A stretch of DNA of 64,000 nucleotides from Klebsormidium nitens. Its lineage: Eukaryota > Plantae > Klebsormidiophyceae. Below are positions 12,362 to 26,037 of the stretch, piece by piece. The position numbers and the translations under genes were made by a program. How positions within the stretch are numbered: the stretch's first letter is position 1; every line of letters starts with the position of its first letter. The DNA lies in assembly GCA_000708835.1 (NCBI GenBank), contig DF237017.1, positions 182,157 to 246,156 of the forward strand. The letters run 5' to 3'. The notes beneath the pieces were generated by a model. The model saw nothing but the letters and a program-made list of their open reading frames with translations. It made no database searches and was not told where the DNA came from.

Positions 12362-15300
12362 CTACTTTTCCTCTTTGGCTTCGACCTTTGGATATTGCGC
12401 CACAACGTCCGACCACGCAACCACACCGTCGGCAAGACTCCGAACGACGCCCACAACCTGTTTCGTCCCGATGCGCACTTGTTCCGTGGTTTCCCGTTCC
12501 CGCAACGTCACAGTGCCGCCCTGAAGGGTTTCGAAATCGACGGTGATGGCGAACGGCACGCCGATCTCGTCCGTCCGGGCGTACCGCTTGCCGATGGAAA
12601 TGGCGGTCGTGTCGATCTGGAAGGAAAGACTTTGGTCAGCACCTCAGCTTTCATGTCTTCTTCGCTTTATGAAGTCAGCGCAACCCAACCATTTTTCCTG
12701 ACCTATCTGGTAATCAGCAGATGAAGCCCCGAACAGTGCAGAGCAGACAAGTTCCTTTCTAAATGCGTAAACATTGCTGAATCCGGAAAACGACGCTGAG
12801 CGGTGCTACGAGTCCGTTGATGTTCCTATTATTGTGACGACTCTCCTCATGCTTCGTCTTTTTGATTTCTCGCAAAGCTTCTTTAGAAACGGTCCCTCCG
12901 CTTCAAACATGTAAAATTCTTTGTCTCGTCGGTACGTAGTAACATTAGATACACGTTATGATGGTCCAACAAAAGGCACAATACGAGCTAAAGAAAGGGC
13001 CAGAAGAAGCTTCGAAGCAGCTCGCTGCTCTGTAATCAAAAGACAGAACAACAACAACATTCTTCCATGACTTCCCTCACCTTGTTCGCAACACCGGAGG
13101 CAGTCATCGCCTGCGAGATTTGGTAACCCTCCTCGTCCAGCTTGGCGTTTGACACTAGCGGGAACACAGTCACCTTGATGGGCGCCACGAGAGGCGTGAA
13201 CCTGGCCAGACGAAGGATCGGTGTTAAGCGGCGAGGTGTTTAGAAGTAGGACCACGATGGCTTCTGTCTCACCTCTCCTTAGCGCGACTATCCTACCACT
13301 TTCCTACTAGCTTCCCACAACTTTCGTACCACTTTCGCACCTTTTTACCAATTACCGTACGAGGAACAACGTCTGTTCGGTCTGCTCCGGACTCGGCTCA
13401 GGCGGAATGTCACTACCTAGCTTTGCGTTTGATATGGACTTTCTGACATCCAAGAAAACTTGACCGCCAAGCATGCAACCTGGTTTTAAAAGATGGATCA
13501 ATTCAAAATAAGTAAGGACACACAAAACCCAGAGAACCGACTGTTGTTCGTTATCCGGGGCGTTGAAAGCGATTTACCAATCTGACTACTGAAAACAGGA
13601 AGCGTCTACTTAGTGTAATACAAGCAGACAGTCTGCTCAGGAACCTCAAAGTATCCGTGACGGGCCGCTGCTCGTCGCCAGCAGACGCAATCCAAGGAGG
13701 AGACAAGCACAACAACGACGTCACAACTTGGGACAAACTCGGGAACGAAAAAGGTGGGAAAGATGGGGAGAAAAACACTGAATGTTGTAGTAAAGGACTT
13801 ACTTGAAGACGGTCCGCTGCTCATCGCCTTCCCGCGCATAGTAGGAGTGCTCGAAGAGGCAGTAGATGATGCGCCCGACGCCGAACGACGGCTCGATCAC
13901 GGACGGCGTGATGTTCTTGCCGCTCTCCGTGCGCTTCTCCTTTGCAATCTTCACCATGTCGCGGGTGATCGTAAACGTCTGGAGGCAGAAATTCGGATTT
14001 ACGTCAGCAGGCTGGGTCTGGGTGTGAGAAGAAAGAAAGATGTCGTTCAAATAACCAGAGCAAAAAGGGGCTTGTTTTGCTTAAGCTCTTCGTCAGCGCT
14101 CTTCACCATGTCGCGGGTGAACGTGGATGTCTGGAGGCACGAAATTGGGTGCACGTCGGCAGGCTGATTTAAGGTCTGGGGAAAAAAGAAAATTGTTGGA
14201 GATAAGCAGATGAGATCGTGGATAATAGTGCTTGGCTCTCCAAGCGCGTAACCTTTGCAATCTTCGCCATGTCGTGGGTGATCGTAAACGTGAGAGACAC
14301 GCCATCGGGGATACGTCAGCATGAGGGTTGGTTGGGTTTTGAAGTTACCAGAAAGGGGGTCATGGTAGATGTTATGATAACCAAATTATGACAATGACCT
14401 TATAAGCTCTCCATGCGCATCTCCTTCGCAATCTTCATTTTTTCGAGGGTGGTCGTAAACGTCTGGAGACACGCGATCGGCAGCATATCAGCGTGGGGGC
14501 TGCTTTCAAGTGGGCGTCCTGAGACTCGGAACGCCTGACGTCACATGGCGAAATCGAAGCACGGACTTCCGCTATCCTGTCGCCGAAAAGCTGGTACCGG
14601 AGTCTGTGCCCCGAGCACTGGGCCCTGCTAAAAGTGGCCGGGTGATGACGTTTGCGTAGACGCCCTCTTTCAATGTTGGGGAGAAGCAGGGCAGTGAAAG
14701 GGGAACTGTTGATATAGAGAAAATAGAACCGGGGCAGAATAGTTTGGGCTGCTGTGAAAATCGTATCCGTTTTCTTTGGCCATAGCGAATGCCTGTGAAG
14801 GTGCGGAAAAGCCTGGAGCAACCAGGTCAGGCGTCTGAAAGCGACTCAATGGCTGTATAGCCTGGGAACTAAACCCTGTTCCTTACAAGCTGCAATTGAA
14901 ACGCACTATACTGAAGTTTGCTTCTATTGCAGACGGGTACGCTTATAAAAGCCTACGTTCTTATCAAGTCCTGCTCACCTGGTTCGTTGTGCAGATGGTA
15001 AGCGGGGCTTCGCCGTCCTTCTCCAACTTGGCCTGCATAGCGAGAGCCTCCTCCTCTGACATCGCCTGCAACAAGCAAAGACGACAATCGTATCAAGAGG
15101 TAAAATGAGATGCGAGGCAAAGAGGTAAAGGTCCTCATCTGAATCTGACAAAGCCTGCAAACTTCAGAACGGCGATGGTTATTGAGTAGCGGCGATACGG
15201 AATTCTATCTTTGGAGAACGGTCGGAACCCCACAGGCGTAGAGGGGCTACATTGTGACCCATGATTCAGGGAGTTTGCGCAAACCAACCACGATGGGCGT

Positions 15301-18300
15301 CCGCAATACTGGTGCACGCCAAACTTGCGGCGCCGTTAAAAAGAGATTGCTGCGCTCATCATCGACAGGGAATCCAAGATTTTCTTCACACAAAAGGATC
15401 TTGTGGTGAAAACAATCCATGACAAGTGCGAGGCACCTCTGCATCTTATAAATCTACACGAGCGAGCGGATGAAGCACACAACAGACCGAGAAGCAACCA
15501 AGCGAGACGGCAATCAGATTGTCTACCACAATGATTAGTCGTTCACACGTGTTTGGACGACCAAGCGCGGCATCCTCATAGCCCAGCAGGCACAATGCAA
15601 CATACGTCAGTCAACAGATTTAAAACAATCAATCATGATTATTGCCGGACTTGACACAAGTGTCAGGGCTGCTGGTGTAGGTTTATAAGAGTTCTTGCCA
15701 AGAGCAGAGTCCAATCTGAAAACTCTGCCGCTTTTCTCTTGTCTCTGGGACCAAGGTGTACGCACGTCCTGCTTCTTGTCTTTTATCATAAAGATACGAC
15801 ACACAAGTGCTCTGGCGACTTTTGGCTGCCAGAGGCGACGAGAAAACCGCAAAACCAGGTGGGAAACCGCAGGCGAACGACGTATACAGGTGTCTACTAC
15901 TGAAGCAAACGGATCGGCATGATTCGGCACGAGAAAGTCAGAAGAACGTCCAAAGCTCCTGACATATCGATGCAAGATGAAATGCATCCGACAACCATTT
16001 CCCCCAAAAGTATCGATAACAGGCTAGGCTGCCTTGGAGACGATGCGAGTCTCCCAATCTATCCACTTTGATGCGACAGATAGAATTAAAATCCTTGCTA
16101 GCACAGGCAACGATTGAGAAATCCGAGTTGCTAACCAGACTAAGCACCGCCCACTTAAAACAAGGGCGCATAAAGATTCTGATCAGACCATCAGAAGCTC
16201 GCAAAAACATGAACGTGGCTGCGAGAAAACACTGGAAACTTTTTGACTCTCACACGGAGGCACTTTGTAGCGCAACAGAGAACAGGCTGTTGGTCATTTC
16301 AAACTTGCGAAAACCGACCTACCCTGATCAAACGCAGAAGCCGCTGAATTGCTCTCTTCGTTGAGAAAATAGGATCACTGGACAGTGCCTCAGCAAGAGC
16401 TATGCTAATCCACGTTTTCACAGAACGTGATCCGTCACCAAGGAAAGGGAAAGCGGTGGAAATACAATTTTACATCTTTTCCGGTCAACTTGTCAAAGGA
16501 GCTTCCAAATGTGTTGAGAGCGCTTCGGCGTCAGACTACGAGGTGCCAGCAAGGGTGCGGTGGCAGGGTTAGATGCCAAACCAAGCTCAAGGTCGTCATA
16601 ACCGAGCACGGTCGACAGGAGGGAACTGAAAATATTCAGCTCGACTTTCAGAGACATCGAGAAAACAAGCTTCCCGGGAGCAAGGCCAATCAACAATGAA
16701 GGAACGTTGAAATTTTGGCTTTCCACCCGCGCCCGTAGGTCAAGGCTTAACCTCGAATAAGAACCGAAGCACTAGTCCGCCAATAAGCATGGAAATAGAG
16801 CAGCTTGCGCCCTCCAGGCTTGAACGTGACACTCAAACTCGAAGTGGCAACCATTGAGTACGTAAAAGGCAGCATCAGCTGGATGCCCAGCCAAAATGAC
16901 GTCTTCGTAGCCACTTTATTCCACACAGAAGTTTAGCAGGGTGAAGAAACTTCCGGTCTGCTAGACAATATGCAACATCCGTACCCAGCGAAGCTCGACA
17001 AAAGTGGTCCGCCTAACGGGGACCGTTGCATCAGATTCATTTGCGACTGCTCGGCTTTCCACCAAGGAAACAGAGTCTCTGCTCAAGGGCTGAACATCGC
17101 TCGCCGGTTTATACAGGGTTACAGATTGCGTCCACTGACGGGAAGCCACGGATATGCGCTAGAAACGCCTTCTGGAGTTTGTGTCTTCAGCCTTACTCCC
17201 CCAACCGGTGATTGAATGCGAATTTGCGACGAGACTCGCTTTCCTTGACAGTGACGTCTATGAATAGAAACTAAGACAATAAAAAATCCCAATGCAAAAG
17301 CGCGGGTTGAAGCGGCCATCAGACCTAACGAGCTTCATCTGGCCCGCAGGAGAAGTGCACGACCAGGCCGGGCGTCCTCATGACCTTCTTTTGATGACTT
17401 TTGAAAAGAGTACAATGCGCTAGATAAAGAACAGAGTCAGCAGTATAGAAAGAGAAACCGAAAGCAAGAAGGAGACACGACAAAGTGCAAGCCACGACGA
17501 AAACAGAGAGACACGTAGGACGAGGTGATATCTGTGCGGGCGCACCTCGACCGCCTCCTTCTAAAGTTCTATTGTTCTTTTTGAGCGTCTTGCCAAGCAC
17601 CTTGCCACTCTGGTAGGGGGCAAGAAGGCGACACGAAAACACGACGAAGAATAGCAAAAAAAGGCAGCCACAACGGGGCTGTTCCTGGGCATCCGCACCT
17701 CGAGCGCTTCTTGTTGTCCTTCTTGAGCATTTTGCCCAGGACCTTCTCGAAAATCGGGTGGGAGGCGAAGAGGCGACACAAGAACAGAACGAGAAAAACC
17801 GACGAAGAAACCGAGCGGAATAGAGACAAGAGGCAGCCACAACTGGGGCTGTTTCCGGCATGCGCACCTCGAGCGCTTCTTTGACGACAGTGTTTCCTTC
17901 TTGAGGTTCTTGCTCAGCACTCTCTTAATGATCAGGTAGAAGGCAAAAAGGCAACAGAAAAACATGACGAACCAAACGACGTACATAACGAGCGAAACAA
18001 GAAACAAACGGCAGCCACAACGGGGCTGTCTCACACCTCGAGCGCTTCTTTGACGACCTTGTTGTCCTGCTTGAGCGTCTTGCCCAGGACCTTGCCAACA
18101 TTCAGGTAGGAGGCTCGAGGGCGACACAAGTACAGGACGAGAAGAATGAGGAAAGAAACGAGTGACAAAGAAACAAGAGGCAGCCACAATGAAACTGTTT
18201 CACACTCGAGCGCCTCCTTGACGACCTTGTTGTCCTTCTTGAGCGTCTCCCAAAACCTTGCTGTGAGGCGAAACGCTCAAAGCAACGTCCAAAACGGAGA

Positions 18301-21300
18301 CATGAAGCAGCCACAAAAACTACAAGGGTACAAGTTTGACGTGCGCACCTCGAGCGCCTCCTTGACGACCTTGTTGTCCTTCTTGAGCATCTTGCCCAGC
18401 ACCTTGCTGTCAGGCGCCACCACCACGTGCTCCACCTCGCGCGGCTTGTCGTACCGCTTGAAAGCAATCAGCGGCTGCTTGCTCTCCTCCTGCGTATCCG
18501 CAGAGACCGGCGGTTAGGCTTGCGGTCAAACCCAAAAAAAACTTCTTGAGTAACCAATATATTAATCAACTCAAAAATGAACCAATCAGCGGCTCTTTGC
18601 GACCCTCCTGTGAGAAAGGGCGGTCAGGCTTGTGGCGATGAGGGTTGCGCTTAATCAAGACGATTCTTCTTTTTGTGCATGACTCGGATTCAAAAGTCAA
18701 TTGCTTTTCGCGCCTGAAACGTGAGAGGATATCGTCCAGGACAAACAAAATAAAAAGCCAAACAACCAATAAAAACGTGATGGTGCTCGGTGTCAGATCG
18801 TATGGGGCCCAGTCCGCTGATCCCATGCACTCTACGTAGTAGTAAGGAGGCACTGAAGTAATTGCTCTTCACCGTGTGCACTGCTCCTCGATCAAATTAC
18901 CCCCGCTCTATGAGGAATTGCATCCCAATCGCGGACAAAGAAAAAACTGACAAGAGCTGCTCAAGAAACCATTAAGTCGTATGCTCGTTTCAGGCAGTAT
19001 GGGGTCCAGTCTGCCAGACCGCCGCACTCCTGACTCCAGACCCCAGTCAAGTAAAGAGCCGCTCATCAGTATGACCAAAACAAACCAAAGCCAAGTAAAG
19101 AGCCGCTGATATACACGACCAAAAACAAACCCACCGAATGCTGTTTCAGGTCGTACGCTGCCCGGTCCGCGAGCCCGACGCACTCGATCCAGCCGTAGCT
19201 GCACTCAATCTCCGCGTCCCAGCAGTCCTGCGCGTAGTGCGCCATCTCGGACGCTAGATGCTGCCGGAACCGCAGCCGCGTCTTGTCAATGCCCAACTTC
19301 GTTAGGAACAGGTACGTGCGCGCGATGAAGTAGCCCAGCGTCTCGTTGTTCACGATGCCCTGCAACGGAAATAACCGGCAAGTGTGAGGGGCTCTTACCT
19401 TCCGGTACCAGATTATCGGACCCCCATCGGCCACTGACACGTTTTCTTCAGCCTTCGACTTACTTATTCGAGTCCTGGTGGCAAGCGAGGCACCAAAACA
19501 AGCTCTGGGTGACACCACTTGTTGCTCTTTTCTCGTATCTTAGGTGGATGACCATGAGCAAGCCCTAGCGGCGCGAGTTGCTACCCGGGTATCGCGTCAG
19601 GAAAAGAAAAAGAGGTTGTTCGTTTAATAAATGGGGATGCCTCAAATGTGATGTTACCGCGTGATTGTTCATAACTACACTTACAATCGTCCCCCTAGGA
19701 TATTCGAACGTTTCAGGAACTACAAAGCCTGCGTTGTGGATTGTGCTGTCAAGGACGGCTGCATCATCAAAACAGCCATCCCGATCAACCTGTCATCCGC
19801 CTCATTTTCAGCGAAACGGGGCATGAAGCTTCTCCTCACCTGCGCAACCGCGTCCCCGATCTTGGTCAGCACCGGTTTCTTCTCCGCGCCTAGTTGCTCC
19901 GCCCGAGGATACAGCAGGAACTCGAGGTCCTTGACGTGCTTGAACTTGGGGTGGCTCTTGTCTTCGGGGTCGACAAAGTGCTCGATTTCCGCTAACGTAA
20001 ACTCGCGCACCCGCAGGAGGCCCTGTCGGGGAGCAATCTGCGCAGAAAGGCGTGCTGTAAGTTGAGTTGTCAACTTCGAACAACGCCTCAATGTTGTCAC
20101 AGACAGGAAGGGTGGTGTGACAAGTGCGCTCTCCAAAAGCAGGGCGGACGATTGCCAAACAACGACTGAGCATGCGAATTGTATGCAACCGCCACAGAAG
20201 AAGCTCAGTACAACAACGGTCAGGTTGCGACAAAATACGACCTCGATTCTTTGAGCTCTGAGCGAGGCCCTTGACGCTTCCAATAGACCGCTGAAAGGCG
20301 GAGAAAGCAGCTCAAGCCACCTGTCTCCTCACCTCGTTTCGGAAAGCCTGACCAATCTGCGCAGCGGCGAACGGCAGCTTGTTGCCGTTGTAGTACAGCA
20401 GGTCCCGGAAGTTGACGAAGATGCCCTGGGCAGTCTCGGGCCGGAGGAAGCTGCACATAAGAAATGACAAATTTCACAAAAGGTTACTCGTGATCAGAGA
20501 GAGAAACGGTACAGAAACCAGAAGCAATTACAAACGCCTAGAGCGAGGACGGGACACGTTCCTGAACAACATGTCTCACCTGCCTTCATGAGCGAACTAC
20601 AGTGGTACGGAAAAACATGTGAGCTCTTGACCAACCGTGGGTCGCATGAATCGATGCGAGACCAAGAAAAAAGTATATGCGTTACGATGATGCGGCATGG
20701 GTCCTTCATCTTGAAAACAGAGCCAGTTTCAACAACTGTTGGGCGATCCAACGGGGTAACCACAAGGCTTCATTGACAAGCCCAACCCAGGAATCAATCG
20801 ACAATCAAGCAAAAGGTCAGAGGCTGCGCTCGTCAATTCCTGATTGACAGAGGCACAGTGAACGTCCACAAGACTCGACACTGCTCTTTGCTACTTTCTT
20901 GAGGCTAAAGCTGTTTCTCGGCAGGCATATTTTTGGGATTCAAATCTCCAAACTTTTCCCCTTCCAGATATCCCTGGCACTCTCCTCCCACTTCTCACAT
21001 GCCTAATTGAGCCACGCAACTTCGTTTATTTCGAAACAATGACTCACAGTCCAGAACTCACCCTTGCATAGTGCCCGTGGGTCCGATGGAGGTGGCAAAC
21101 ATGAGGTTGAAGGGGTAAGGCTTGGACAGTTCGTTCTTGGTTTCTGGGGCCACAATCTTGTACTTTGTTAGCAGGGCGCCGAGCTCGTCAGCGGAGAACT
21201 CGTCCACACGGGCCAGGACGTTCTTGTGCTCAAGAACGACGTCGGGGGCGAAGGTTGGGTTCTTCTCGAGCAAGTCTTCGACGGCGTCCTGGAGTAGGAG

Positions 21301-22642
21301 CGGAGGTCCTTTGATTTTAGATCCAGTCAGAAGGCCAGAAGATTCAGGAGTGAATCCAAAGAACTGAAAAAGTTCCAAGAAAATCAGGTTCTTGCACCCG
21401 GCTTCAGTGACTCTGGCAGCGAGGAAACAGGAGATCAGAGGTGAGCTCCAAACATCGAGTGTTATTTTTAACTGTAGAAATTGAGGTGTCCGCGTTTCTC
21501 TTTAACCTTCAGGGTGGTGACAAAGAAGCCTTACAAGACCACAGCCTAAATGAAAGCTCTGTTAGCAACTCATCAGGAGCAGCTCCAGAACAGCGCTGAC
21601 GGCAACAAAAAGTTGCCATCGCTGGACCCAGACAAATCAAGCATCACATGGCAATATCAACCGTAGAACCTGAGAGAAATGACCACCCCCAGGATTGGGT
21701 GCACACAATCTGCACAAATTGGGTGCATGTTCTGGAACAGCCGGCATTTGCTGCACCCACGTATTCCGCAGGCGAAAACAAGTGTTTGATGAACATTGAA
21801 GGTTGATAAACTGCTCAGGCTCTAAGGAGTTTGAGCAGTCTCTGTGCAACAATTGCAACAATGAAGTTGAGCACCTTCGTTGTGCGGCCGTTGGTGGAGG
21901 TACGTCCACTTAGACATGGACATCTTGCGCACCATCAAGAGCAATTGTCTATCCCCTCAATCACCCTCTCGAACTACACCATTATCATCGAAGACTTTAG
22001 CGATGATTTGATGTCCAATCAAACTTGGGTTTGTAGCAAAGAGACTTCTAGACTTGAAGAAGTGCGCAATAATCTGCATCACGAGAATTCCCGCACCTTC
22101 AGCAGGTGGTCCGCCCGGTAGCACGCCGAGGTCTTGACGTCCTTGACCATCAGGTCCGTAAACTTCTCCACATGCCCGCTCGCCTTGAGCACCACCTCCG
22201 GTGTGACGCACGGACACTCAACCTCCAACATATTCTCCTCCATAACATAGTGCTGCCGCCAGAACTGCAGAATGTTTGCCTTAACCGCACACCCCGGAGG
22301 ACCATAATCATACAAGCCAGCGATGCCACCATAAATTTTGAAAGCGGGGATGTAGAATAGTCGCCGCTCGAGTGCATTCGAAACGTCCTCCCTGAACTTC
22401 TTCCGGCCCTCGGACGAGTCCTTGCTGACCCCCGCTTTCGCTTTGTAGGCATCCTCTGCTGCTTTGAGCTCCAACTTCAGCGCCGTCAGCTTTGCCACCA
22501 CTTTGTCGACCTCCGCTTTGTCCACCTTCTTCTCCTTGAGGGCGCCTTTCATGGCGCGCACCTCGTCGCCCGTGCGATTTACATCGGCCTGCTTGGCGGT
22601 GAGGTCCGCGTGCAGAGCGGCCAACTCGGCTTCAGACGCCAT
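12362..22642 (-). CDS. GlyRS: Glycyl-tRNA synthetase, eukaryotic homodimeric type with N-terminal WHEP-like domain, 10 exons, ~697 aa
   Basis: Exons 22642-22097, 21288-21062, 20450-20333, 20037-19840, 19359-19135, 18489-18349, 15065-14979, 13978-13803, 13201-13081, 12616-12362 are all GT-AG and phase-consistent. Motifs: [94 protein letters not shown]. Confidence 0.98.
14085..14500 (-). repeat. Three degenerate tandem copies of the acceptor and 5' end of GlyRS exon 8
   Basis: Copies at about 14100-14195, 14250-14335 and 14415-14500 resemble 13940-14040 (ctccag|acgtttacgatcacccgcgacatggtgaagattgc on the minus strand); period about 155-165 bp. Confidence 0.88.
17546..18260 (-). repeat. Five degenerate tandem copies of the 3' end and donor of GlyRS exon 6
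   Basis: aaggt(c/g)ctgggcaag...ctcaagaaggacaacaag...g(a/g)gcgctcgag|gtg copies end at 18205, 18037, 17868, 17699 and 17546; the real exon ends at 18349. Period 144-169 bp. Confidence 0.92.
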
Positions 22643-22718
22643 TGCGTGCAACTTGTCAGCGACTTCTCAACTGCGATTGCGTGAAGCCCTGTCAACAGAA
22701 GGAAAGTACTCTAAGGGG

Positions 22719-23113
22719 NNNNNNNNNNNNNNNNNNNNNNNNNNNNNNNNNNNNNNNNNNNNNNNNNNNNNNNNNNNNNNNNNNNNNNNNNNNNNNNNNN
22801 NNNNNNNNNNNNNNNNNNNNNNNNNNNNNNNNNNNNNNNNNNNNNNNNNNNNNNNNNNNNNNNNNNNNNNNNNNNNNNNNNNNNNNNNNNNNNNNNNNNN
22901 NNNNNNNNNNNNNNNNNNNNNNNNNNNNNNNNNNNNNNNNNNNNNNNNNNNNNNNNNNNNNNNNNNNNNNNNNNNNNNNNNNNNNNNNNNNNNNNNNNNN
23001 NNNNNNNNNNNNNNNNNNNNNNNNNNNNNNNNNNNNNNNNNNNNNNNNNNNNNNNNNNNNNNNNNNNNNNNNNNNNNNNNNNNNNNNNNNNNNNNNNNNN
23101 NNNNNNNNNNNNN
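22719..23113. other. Assembly gap (N run) between the divergent GlyRS and SARAF starts
   Basis: 395 consecutive n characters. Confidence 0.99.
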
Positions 23114-23548
23114 ACCTAGAAAACCCTGATAATCTGTTGAATCGAAGGCTAGTGGAGAACTTCGCTTTTAAACTTCCAACTCCATGAATTCGAGAGTCGG
23201 CCCGCAAAGGTGTGATGGGGGACCAGCCAAGGCCCAAGACACACCTAAACGAAGGTTAACGCCACGGATGGTTGGCGACAAGAACACACTTTTACCGCGA
23301 TTCTGCCTGACATGTCACACTACGGATCCCGCTAGATGAACAAACAAACCTTTACATGCCACATAGTGTCAAACCGTAGGCGACCTCACACAGAGATACC
23401 AAGTAATAACTTAAATAAAGAAAAAAATCTTAACCGAAGTCCCAATGCAAGGTTCATGCAAAGATTCCCCCAGCATTGGCCATTCGCACTGGCAGCTATT
23501 GTAGAACGGGCTGGCATACCATTTGTGATGGGCGGTGGGCGTGCGACC

Positions 23549-25793
23549 ATGCCACCATCTTGTCGCGGGGCCTGGTGTTACTTGCTTCTTTCTCTCTCTT
23601 TTCTGGGTCTCTGCATCGCCATCCACTCACCATATGGGAAGGGGGTCCGTTTAGATGATGTTCAGGCTCTCACCCTCCAGAGAGGCAAGACGACGACATC
23701 CAGAAGGGCTCAATCCACTCCCCAGTTGACCTGTTTGGGTGGTCCCTGCGAGTTCGAGCCTGAGACTGTGCATTGTGAGAATGTGGGGAGCGATGGGATG
23801 GAGGTCCAGTGGAAGTGTGAGGCGGACTTGCCGAAAGACATCAAGTTTGCAGGCACACAGGTGACCTGCGAGGTGAGGGTCAAGTGTGCTCCTGGTGTCT
23901 TTTTTATTCTCTTCTAGGCACCTTTTGGTGTGATCATAGTGCAAAAGTAGTTCTGAAGATTCAAAAACATCTTAATGTTGCAAGAGAACAGCGGCGGTAT
24001 CCGTGCGATGCAGAGGTGGTGGTCGTGAGTCTCATTTGTTTCCTCATTTGGCTACTTTTGTTCAAGCAGCATTCAGCATATACCCCTTGAAGTGAAACAT
24101 TTCGAAGAATGTCCAAAAGATTTACAGTGGCCTTCCAACATTCATTTGCAATGCCGTGGTTTGAGGGTACCATGTCAAGCACCATTTTCGGTGCTACCTG
24201 GGGTGCTTTTCAACCTACAGGCTTGTGCTCTCGAATTCCATTCGGCCCACCCATAAGGTTGCGAGTTTTGAATTCGTTCCAGACAAGGCCTAAAACAAAG
24301 GCGGATCCGCCACTCAATCAGACTAAATAGGATTTGCCTCCGGCTAGCCAATCAATTGGCTGATTGTGTCCAGTTCGGATTCAAGTGTCCTTCCTGAGCT
24401 CTTGCGTCTAAACGCTAAATAATGCCACCTCATTTCAGGGCTATGCTCATCCTGACGATGAGCGCGTCCTTGAAGGGAGCTGCGCCCTCGAGTACTCCCT
24501 GAGAAGAGTTGGAGGTGTGTGGGGCAGATGCAAATCTGAGAGCCAAGCTTTTCGAGTCTGCTCTGATTGCTTATGCTGTGGACTTTCCGTTGAGGCATCA
24601 CAATACTCTGACACATGCCCTGTTCCAATATGCCCCAAGTGACATTGTACGCTTTTGTCTTGTTTCGAAATGAGAAGAAAGGGGACCAATTCAGTCAACA
24701 TACAGGAGAAATAAAGAAAGCCTTTTTTGCGGTGCAGGTGGAGGCTGGCTAAGCTGGGACTCCTTTGGCGGGGACTATTACGGCGCTGGCAACAGTGTGA
24801 GTTCTCGGTGGCGCATCATGACATCATTTGTGCTAGCCTTATGCTGATTAACATGCCTTCTGAGGATTGGTCAGATTGAGCAACAGGACTTTCTCTCAAA
24901 GCAGTCAAGAGTAAGAAGGTGGCAGTCTTGATTCGTCTGACATTGCCATATCAGGGGGAGGTACGGTCCATTTTTGACAGGTTTTTAATGTCTTAGAGAG
25001 CAGAAGGTTTCAATTTCCGTTCAAAACGACGGCCTGGTTCCTTCCTGACATTGTGCAGGCCATGCCTTTCCAATTTGAGAAGAGGGACCAGACGTTGCCA
25101 TACTTGCTCCACAGATGCTGGTGCACGAGCGTGACGAACGAGTTACAATTAATCATCAATAGAACGGAAGTCCGACCGTCTTACAACGATCAACAGCAAA
25201 GCTGGGCATCATTCTGACCTCGCCAGATTAAGAAAGGCACACCTGCAGTTCTCGTGATTCCTCTCCGTGGAACCCGTGACCCTGACAATCACTTCAATCA
25301 GGTTGTCTTGCTTTGAGCCTTGGACACGCCTTCTGTACAGGGGAGCTCTGAACCGCGGCGAACGAGTGCCTGGGCCGGCGTAGCGCAGTTGATAACCCTC
25401 GTCCTCGTCATTTACTGTGGATACCACTTGGGGAGAGCCTGCCGGCAAGGTGTGTTTGGTCTGCTTGATGTGTGCGTGCAGTGTCGGTCACGGAGATTGC
25501 TGTTATGAGGCAATTGTACAAAGTTTCATTCGAAGGTCCACAAGGCGGCATGTGGATAAGGAATCCACTCGCAACTTGTTAGGACGTGATATTAGGTACG
25601 AGATATGACAACTATGGATGCTTTCCAAACTTCTCTGGGTCCTTAACTTTATTGTCCTTGTGTTCTGCTGTCGTCCGCAAGAAGTTGTGGTACAAGGAGT
25701 TGGAAAGCGGGGCGCATCTTACTTAATAGAGGATTACTGACCGAACCCTTTTCTTGCACAGGCCGATTTCGCCCTCGCCCTCACGAAGCTTGA
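23549..25793 (+). CDS. SARAF: SARAF/TMEM66-like single-pass membrane protein (store-operated calcium entry-associated regulatory factor homologue)
   Basis: Exons 23549-23872, 24439-24514, 24738-24796, 25341-25449, 25762-25793. Signal peptide, then VRLDDVQALTLQRGKTTTSRRAQSTPQLTCLGG...QWKCEADLP...VTCE/GYAHPDDERVLEGSCALEYSL matching the SARAF luminal domain, then a TM segment AGVAQLITLVLVIYCGYHL. The last exon is less certain. Confidence 0.85.
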
Positions 25794-26037
25794 CCTGGCC
25801 ACTAGGCATCTACCGGCTGGAATCCGCACCTTCAGGTAGTGCCAATAAAAGCCCCTTCGCAATTTTCGTGGCCCCTGGTATATCTGCAAGCGAATGGAGC
25901 TGAGATCTAGAAGGCGGAGTTATGTAACCAGCTCCTCTGACATTCATAAAGTAAGAGGAACAGTCAACGCAGGACTGCAAACTGCTTGCAGCGCAGCGTT
26001 TTGCGGTAATCTTTGCATAGAAGCATTGCGGCGGCAG

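Noticed and set aside
16844-16914. AAGTGGC...GCCACTT stem 71 nt long in a GlyRS intron, like the array elements
   Set aside because: Lacks both GA dinucleotides and is antisense to the host gene; could be chance or a dead copy.
17325-18517. Long ORFs of 120-208 aa in the GlyRS intron
   Set aside because: By-products of the tandem exon-junction duplications and low-complexity sequence.
22464-23237. ORFs running through X residues
   Set aside because: Artefacts of the N gap.
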